A stretch of 64,000 nt of DNA from Candidatus Poribacteria bacterium. Its GTDB lineage: Bacteria > Poribacteria > WGA-4E > WGA-3G. The stretch is from assembly GCA_965242965.1 (NCBI GenBank), contig OZ251518.1:5536001-5600000 (forward strand). Reading direction: 5' to 3'. Positions 59,858 through 64,000 of the stretch are shown in pieces; position 1 is the first letter of the stretch; the number at the start of each line of letters is the position of its first letter. A program made the translations under genes and the position numbers. Below the pieces are notes generated by a model. That model ran no database searches. It worked only from the letters and a program-made list of their open reading frames with translations, and was not told the DNA's origin.

Positions 59858-61534
59858 TTAAGACAACCCGCGGATGACATCGCCGAGGCCCGCGCCAGCA
59901 GGCACCATCGGGAAGACATTCTCCTCTTCTGCCACGATGAAATCGATGACAACAGGACCATCGTCAATCCCTTTCGCCTTCTGTAAAGCGGGACGGACAT
60001 CTTCCACATGCTCAACACGGAGTCCGGTCGCGCCGAACGCCTGCGCCAGCATCGCGAAATCGGGGTTATCGTGGTAATCAACAGCCGAATAGCGTTTGCC
60101 GTGGAACAACTCCTGCCACTGCCGCACCATCCCCAAATACATGTTGTTGATGATGAAGATTTTAAGCGGCAGCTTCAGCGTAACCGCCGGCACGAGCTCC
60201 TGAATCGTCATGATGTAGGAGCCATCGCCGTTGATGTTCACCACAGTCTTGTCCGGACATCCAAGTTGCGCGCCGATGGCGGCAGGCAAACTGAACCCCA
60301 TCGTGCCGAGGCCGCCGGAGTTGAGCCACTGCCGCGGCTCCGTAAATTTGAAATACTGCGCCGCCCACATCTGGTGCTGTCCGACATCCGCAACGACGAT
60401 GGCATCACTGTAATGCTCGTAAATCTGCTCGATGACATACTGCGGCATCACCTTGCTGCCCTGCTGTTCATATTCAAACGGATATTTCTGCTTCCATTCC
60501 TGAATCTGAGCGCGCCACGGGTCGATGTCTGCTTTGGTGACGAGTTTGTTCAGTTCGGTGAGGACGCTCTTCGCATCGCCGACGATTGGCACGTCTGTCG
60601 GCACGTTTTTCCCGATGCACGATGCGTCAATGTCGATGTGAATTTTCTTGGCGTTCGGCGCGAATTTCCCGAGGTCTCCCGTAACCCTGTCATCAAATCT
60701 GGCACCGATGGCGACAACCAGGTCTGCGTCCGTGAAGGCGTAATTCGCGCAGCAGGAGCCGTGCATGCCGGGCATCTCCATTGCAAGGGGATGCGTCTCC
60801 GGAAACGCGCCGAGCCCCATCAACGTGACGGTAATCGGAATGCCGGTTTTAAGGGTGAGCTCGCGCAGCTCCGCCGAGGCATCCGCGAGGACAACGCCGC
60901 CGCCGGCGTAGAGCATCGGACGTTTCGCACGCTTCATCAACTCCGCCGCTTTGGCAATTTGACCCGGGTCGCCGTGAACTTGCGGTTTGTAACTGCGGAT
61001 GTCCACCGATTCGGGATAATGATAAGGTGCCTCCTTCATCTGGGCATCCTTGGCGATGTCAATGACGACGGGCCCCGGCTTCCCGGTGCTCGCGATGTGA
61101 AACGCTTCGGCGACGACATCCGCCACCTCGTCGCTACTTTTGATGAGGTAACTGTGCTTGCAAATCGGGCGCGTCACGCCGATAATGTCACACTCTTGGA
61201 AGGCATCGCTGCCAATATAGTGCGTGAATACCTGTCCGGTAATCGCCACCATCGGGATAGAATCCATGTAGGCGGTTGCGATGCCGGTAACAAGGTTCGT
61301 CGCGCCCGGCCCTGAGGTTGCAAGGGCGACTCCTACTTTTCCGGTGGCGCGGGCGTAGCCGTCAGCGGCGTGTGAACAGCCCTGTTCGTGCCGCATCGGG
61401 ATGAGGTTTATATCTGTCTCACCGTAGAGTGCGTCGAAAATCGGCATCGCTGCACCACCGTTGACACCGAAGATATACTCAACGCCTTCCCGTTTGAGAC
61501 TTTCAACCAGGCTTCTGGCTCCTGAGAGTTCCAT
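59858..61534 (-). CDS. ilvB: Acetolactate synthase large subunit
   Basis: RHEQG, TSGPGATN, GQHQMW, SGGLGTMG, GDGS, GMVRQWQ; AGGAG RBS. Confidence 0.96.
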   Translation of the reverse strand: MELSGARSLVESLKREGVEYIFGVNGGAAMPIFDALYGETDINLIPMRHEQGCSHAADGYARATGKVGVALATSGPGATNLVTGIATAYMDSIPMVAITGQVFTHYIGSDAFQECDIIGVTRPICKHSYLIKSSDEVADVVAEAFHIASTGKPGPVVIDIAKDAQMKEAPYHYPESVDIRSYKPQVHGDPGQIAKAAELMKRAKRPMLYAGGGVVLADASAELRELTLKTGIPITVTLMGLGAFPETHPLAMEMPGMHGSCCANYAFTDADLVVAIGARFDDRVTGDLGKFAPNAKKIHIDIDASCIGKNVPTDVPIVGDAKSVLTELNKLVTKADIDPWRAQIQEWKQKYPFEYEQQGSKVMPQYVIEQIYEHYSDAIVVADVGQHQMWAAQYFKFTEPRQWLNSGGLGTMGFSLPAAIGAQLGCPDKTVVNINGDGSYIMTIQELVPAVTLKLPLKIFIINNMYLGMVRQWQELFHGKRYSAVDYHDNPDFAMLAQAFGATGLRVEHVEDVRPALQKAKGIDDGPVVIDFIVAEEENVFPMVPAGAGLGDVIRGLS

Positions 61535-61609
61535 GCCAATTCTCCTATAATGCGTAGCGCGAGGCCCTGGGCCCCGCGAACGCCAAAACGTTTCCAGCAA
61601 GGTGATAAT

Positions 61610-61655
61610 TAAAAAAAGCCCAACTCGTTCCAAATTTGGAGACGAGAAGGGCTGC
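61610..61655 (-). terminator. T-box intrinsic terminator
   Basis: AGCCCTTCTCGTCTCCAAATTTGGAACGAGTTGGGC followed by T7. Confidence 0.8.
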
Positions 61656-61930
61656 AAAGGTCCTTTCCGTGGTACCACTCCAATTCTCTTTCTCATTGCC
61701 GTGCGGTGCGCGCCTATCCAGAAAAGCGCGACGATACGGCTAAGAAAGAGCACTCATTCGGATGCGATAACGGGCATCACGCCGGCCCATCCTAATGCGT
61801 TCTGGCATCGGACGGTTCAGATGGGCAGCTCGGGGGCGACATTCAGTCAAGGTAACTTGAGGAGACTTCTCAGCCTACGAGTCTCCCGCTCTGGCAAGGC
61901 CGGACGACTTACTCCTCCCCTTCAACGCTT
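61610..61930 (-). promoter_or_regulatory. T-box riboswitch (probable Val specifier GUC)
   Basis: Stem I with GAGTA/GAA loop-E, AG bulge and GCTGA apical motif, GUC at 61838-61840, CCGTTA box, GGAG-TGGTACC-ACGG antiterminator at about 61667-61681. Confidence 0.85.
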
Positions 61931-61959
61931 TTCGATGACTGGATAGACTCGCGTCTATC

Positions 61960-62271
61960 CTAAAGATGACTTTTGAAGTCTGGCTCATCAGACTCCAAGC
62001 GGCGGATTTCGGTGTGCTTCTTGCGGAGTTTTCTAACACCGATTAGCATCCCCACGATATACACTCCGACAAGCAACCAACGATACGGATACGGTGTTAT
62101 CCAAAGTAGCCCGACATAGAGGGACACCACGGGCCAAACTATCGCGGCGGCTTTCACGACGAAAGCGCGTTCTTTCGGGCCCTGCGTGGAGACGATGGCA
62201 AGGGCTGTGCCGAGGATGCCGCCGAGGATGCCAATGATTCCGCCAATTATTCCTACCATGTTTTGATCCAA
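61960..62271 (-). CDS. Small three-TM membrane protein
   Basis: GIIGGIIGILGG.LG...GPKERAF motif; start 62271 (TTG) or 62259 (ATG). Confidence 0.65.
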   Translation of the reverse strand: MDQNMVGIIGGIIGILGGILGTALAIVSTQGPKERAFVVKAAAIVWPVVSLYVGLLWITPYPYRWLLVGVYIVGMLIGVRKLRKKHTEIRRLESDEPDFKSHL

Positions 62272-62842
62272 ATCGAGACCGGGAGGGCCTGTCCCTCGCC
62301 ATGCGTTTGGCTGTCAGACCGCATCACTCCTGTAGGTCAAGATCGCCTGATCTTGACCCGTTCGGGATGCGGTGAAAAAACGCCTCCCCTTCACCGTAGG
62401 GCGAGGGCCTGTCCCTCGCCAGCGTTCATGCGCCGGACCCTGTAGTTCAAGATCACCTGATCTTGAACTGTTTGTGATCAGGCGATCACAAACTACAGAG
62501 GAAACACACATCGTGACGATGGAGATCGCGGGGGACAGGCCCCCGCGCTACGATAAAAAAACGGTTCTTGAACCATCGCGGGGGACAGGCCCCCGCGCTA
62601 CGGTGAAAAAAACGGCCCCTTTCACCGTAGGGCGAGGGCCTGTCCCTCGCCATCGTTCATGCACGCACAATCCAACGCTCGCGGGGGAAACCCTCTCGGA
62701 TGCGCGTATGGCATCCGAGGGCCCCCGCGCTACGATAAAAAAAAACGATTCTTGAGCCATCGCGGGGGACAGGCCCCCGTGCTACGGGATAATCGAGCCC
62801 CGAGGTCTCTCCTACCCGAAGACATCAAGACCGGGAGCTACA
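62272..62842. repeat. REP cluster (A, B, C, nested-A)
   Basis: More than 10 GTAG palindromes. Confidence 0.87.
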
Positions 62843-62864
62843 ATGCATAACACGGTTATTATTA

Positions 62865-62893
62865 AGTATACCACATTTTAAGCGAAATGTCAA
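62865..62893 (-). promoter_or_regulatory. sigma70-type promoter
   Basis: TTGACA-N17-TATACT with TG extension. Confidence 0.75.
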
Positions 62894-62910
62894 GAAAAAT
62901 GTGATTTGGC

Positions 62911-62940
62911 GTAGGTAAGGCTCACGTGAGCCCTACCTAC
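62911..62940. terminator. Hairpin downstream of sodA
   Basis: GTAGGTAAGGCTCACGTGAGCCCTACCTAC palindrome. Confidence 0.5.
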
Positions 62941-62949
62941 AGGTTAATG

Positions 62950-63555
62950 CTACGCGTTCGCGATGTAGAGTTCGTTGACGCGCGTCCAATTGATGACGTT
63001 CGTCCACGCCTCAACGTAATCGGGACGGCGGTTCTGGTACTTGAGATAGTAGGCGTGCTCCCAGACATCAATGCCGAGCAGCGGAGTGTGCCCATGCATC
63101 AGCGGGCTGTCCTGATTCGCCGTGGAGTAGATCTCCAGTCCGTTATCGCCGAGGACGAGCCATGCCCATCCGGAGCCGAACCGTGTCGTCGCGGCGGTGC
63201 CGAACAAGTCGCGGGCTTCGTGCAGTCCACCGAAGGCGGACTCGATTGCAGACGCGATTTCGCCGCCGATTTCGCCACCGTTGGGGCTCATGGTAGACCA
63301 GAAGAGCGAGTGGTTCGCATGGCCGCCGCCGTTGTTAATCACCGCTTGGCGTTTGTCTTCGGGCACCCTGTCAAGGTTTTGCAGCAGATCTGCAACGTCC
63401 ATATCAGCGAGTTCCCCGAGCCCTTCCAAAGCAGCGTTCAGGTTATTGACGTAGCCTTGATGGTGTTTCCCGTGGTGGATTTCCATCGTCTGTGCGTCAA
63501 TGTAAGGTTCCAAAGCATCGTGCGCGTAAGGCAGTGCCGGTAATGTATGTGCCAT
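62950..63555 (-). CDS. sodA: Fe/Mn superoxide dismutase (Mn-type signature)
   Basis: [34 protein letters not shown]. Confidence 0.93.
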   Translation of the reverse strand: MAHTLPALPYAHDALEPYIDAQTMEIHHGKHHQGYVNNLNAALEGLGELADMDVADLLQNLDRVPEDKRQAVINNGGGHANHSLFWSTMSPNGGEIGGEIASAIESAFGGLHEARDLFGTAATTRFGSGWAWLVLGDNGLEIYSTANQDSPLMHGHTPLLGIDVWEHAYYLKYQNRRPDYVEAWTNVINWTRVNELYIANA

Positions 63556-63669
63556 TTTGAATTCTTCGTCGGCGTTTCATCCAAATTGAACGAGTTCCGA
63601 CAAAAAACCTCCTTAAAATATAATGTTAAAAATTATAACAGATTTGCGATTTGCATGCAAGCGAAAAAT

Positions 63670-64000
63670 TTATGCATCCGCATCATTCGTTTCGGGAACC
63701 GCGCCGACGCGGCACATCTGCTTGTAGGAACAATAATTACAAGGTGCCGTTTTGTTGCGCGGTGTGAGTGGGAAACTGCCGTCTTCCACAGCATCCACAA
63801 ACGTCTTCACGCGTGTGATGAGCGGGAATTTGCCGTCGCACATTTCATCAACGTAATGCGCGACATAGCCAATCACGCGCTGAATGACAGGAGGAAGGGG
63901 CTCAACGAGTTGTCCACTTCTGCCACTTCTGCCACCAACTTTATTCCAGACTTCGCCATTGTAACCCTGGAAGCTGGTACCGTTGTCATCTTTGTTGCCG
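63670..64000 (-). CDS. PD-(D/E)XK nuclease-family protein C-terminus (AddB-like, 5'-partial)
   Basis: G.FP..P...CNYCSYKQMCR Fe-S staple motif at the C-terminus. Confidence 0.55.
   Translation of the reverse strand, partial: GNKDDNGTSFQGYNGEVWNKVGGRSGRSGQLVEPLPPVIQRVIGYVAHYVDEMCDGKFPLITRVKTFVDAVEDGSFPLTPRNKTAPCNYCSYKQMCRVGAVPETNDADA

Noticed and set aside
63670-64000. Cas4-like cysteine motif
   Set aside because: The same C-terminal motif occurs in AddB-type nucleases and there is no CRISPR context in the window

Overview
Bacterial chromosomal window, GC-rich in coding regions. The gene mix (WD40 proteins with dockerin or FlgD/T9SS-like tails, lamin-tail-domain proteins, PhyH dioxygenases, CotH) resembles Candidatus Poribacteria sponge symbionts; this assignment is inference, not a database result. 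Housekeeping genes include korAB, aroQ, an aspartokinase, ilvBNC under a T-box riboswitch, sodA, an Fe(III) ABC transporter next to a two-domain multicopper oxidase, and an ECF sigma/anti-sigma/RseB cassette. Accessory content includes an AAA-ATPase + DUF4276 + Eco57I-like R-M operon frameshifted at a G9 tract, a decapitated toxin-antitoxin pair, a tnpB remnant preceded by a structured kissing-loop 5' RNA, and a tandem pair of small secreted helical proteins. The dominant feature is a very dense set of GTAG-type REP palindromes from several families. They fill most intergenic spaces, ride inside a TIR-bounded MITE, supply stop codons to three genes, and are translated in frame inside two proteins. 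No CRISPR array, rRNA or tRNA was seen. Repeat-cluster boundaries are approximate.
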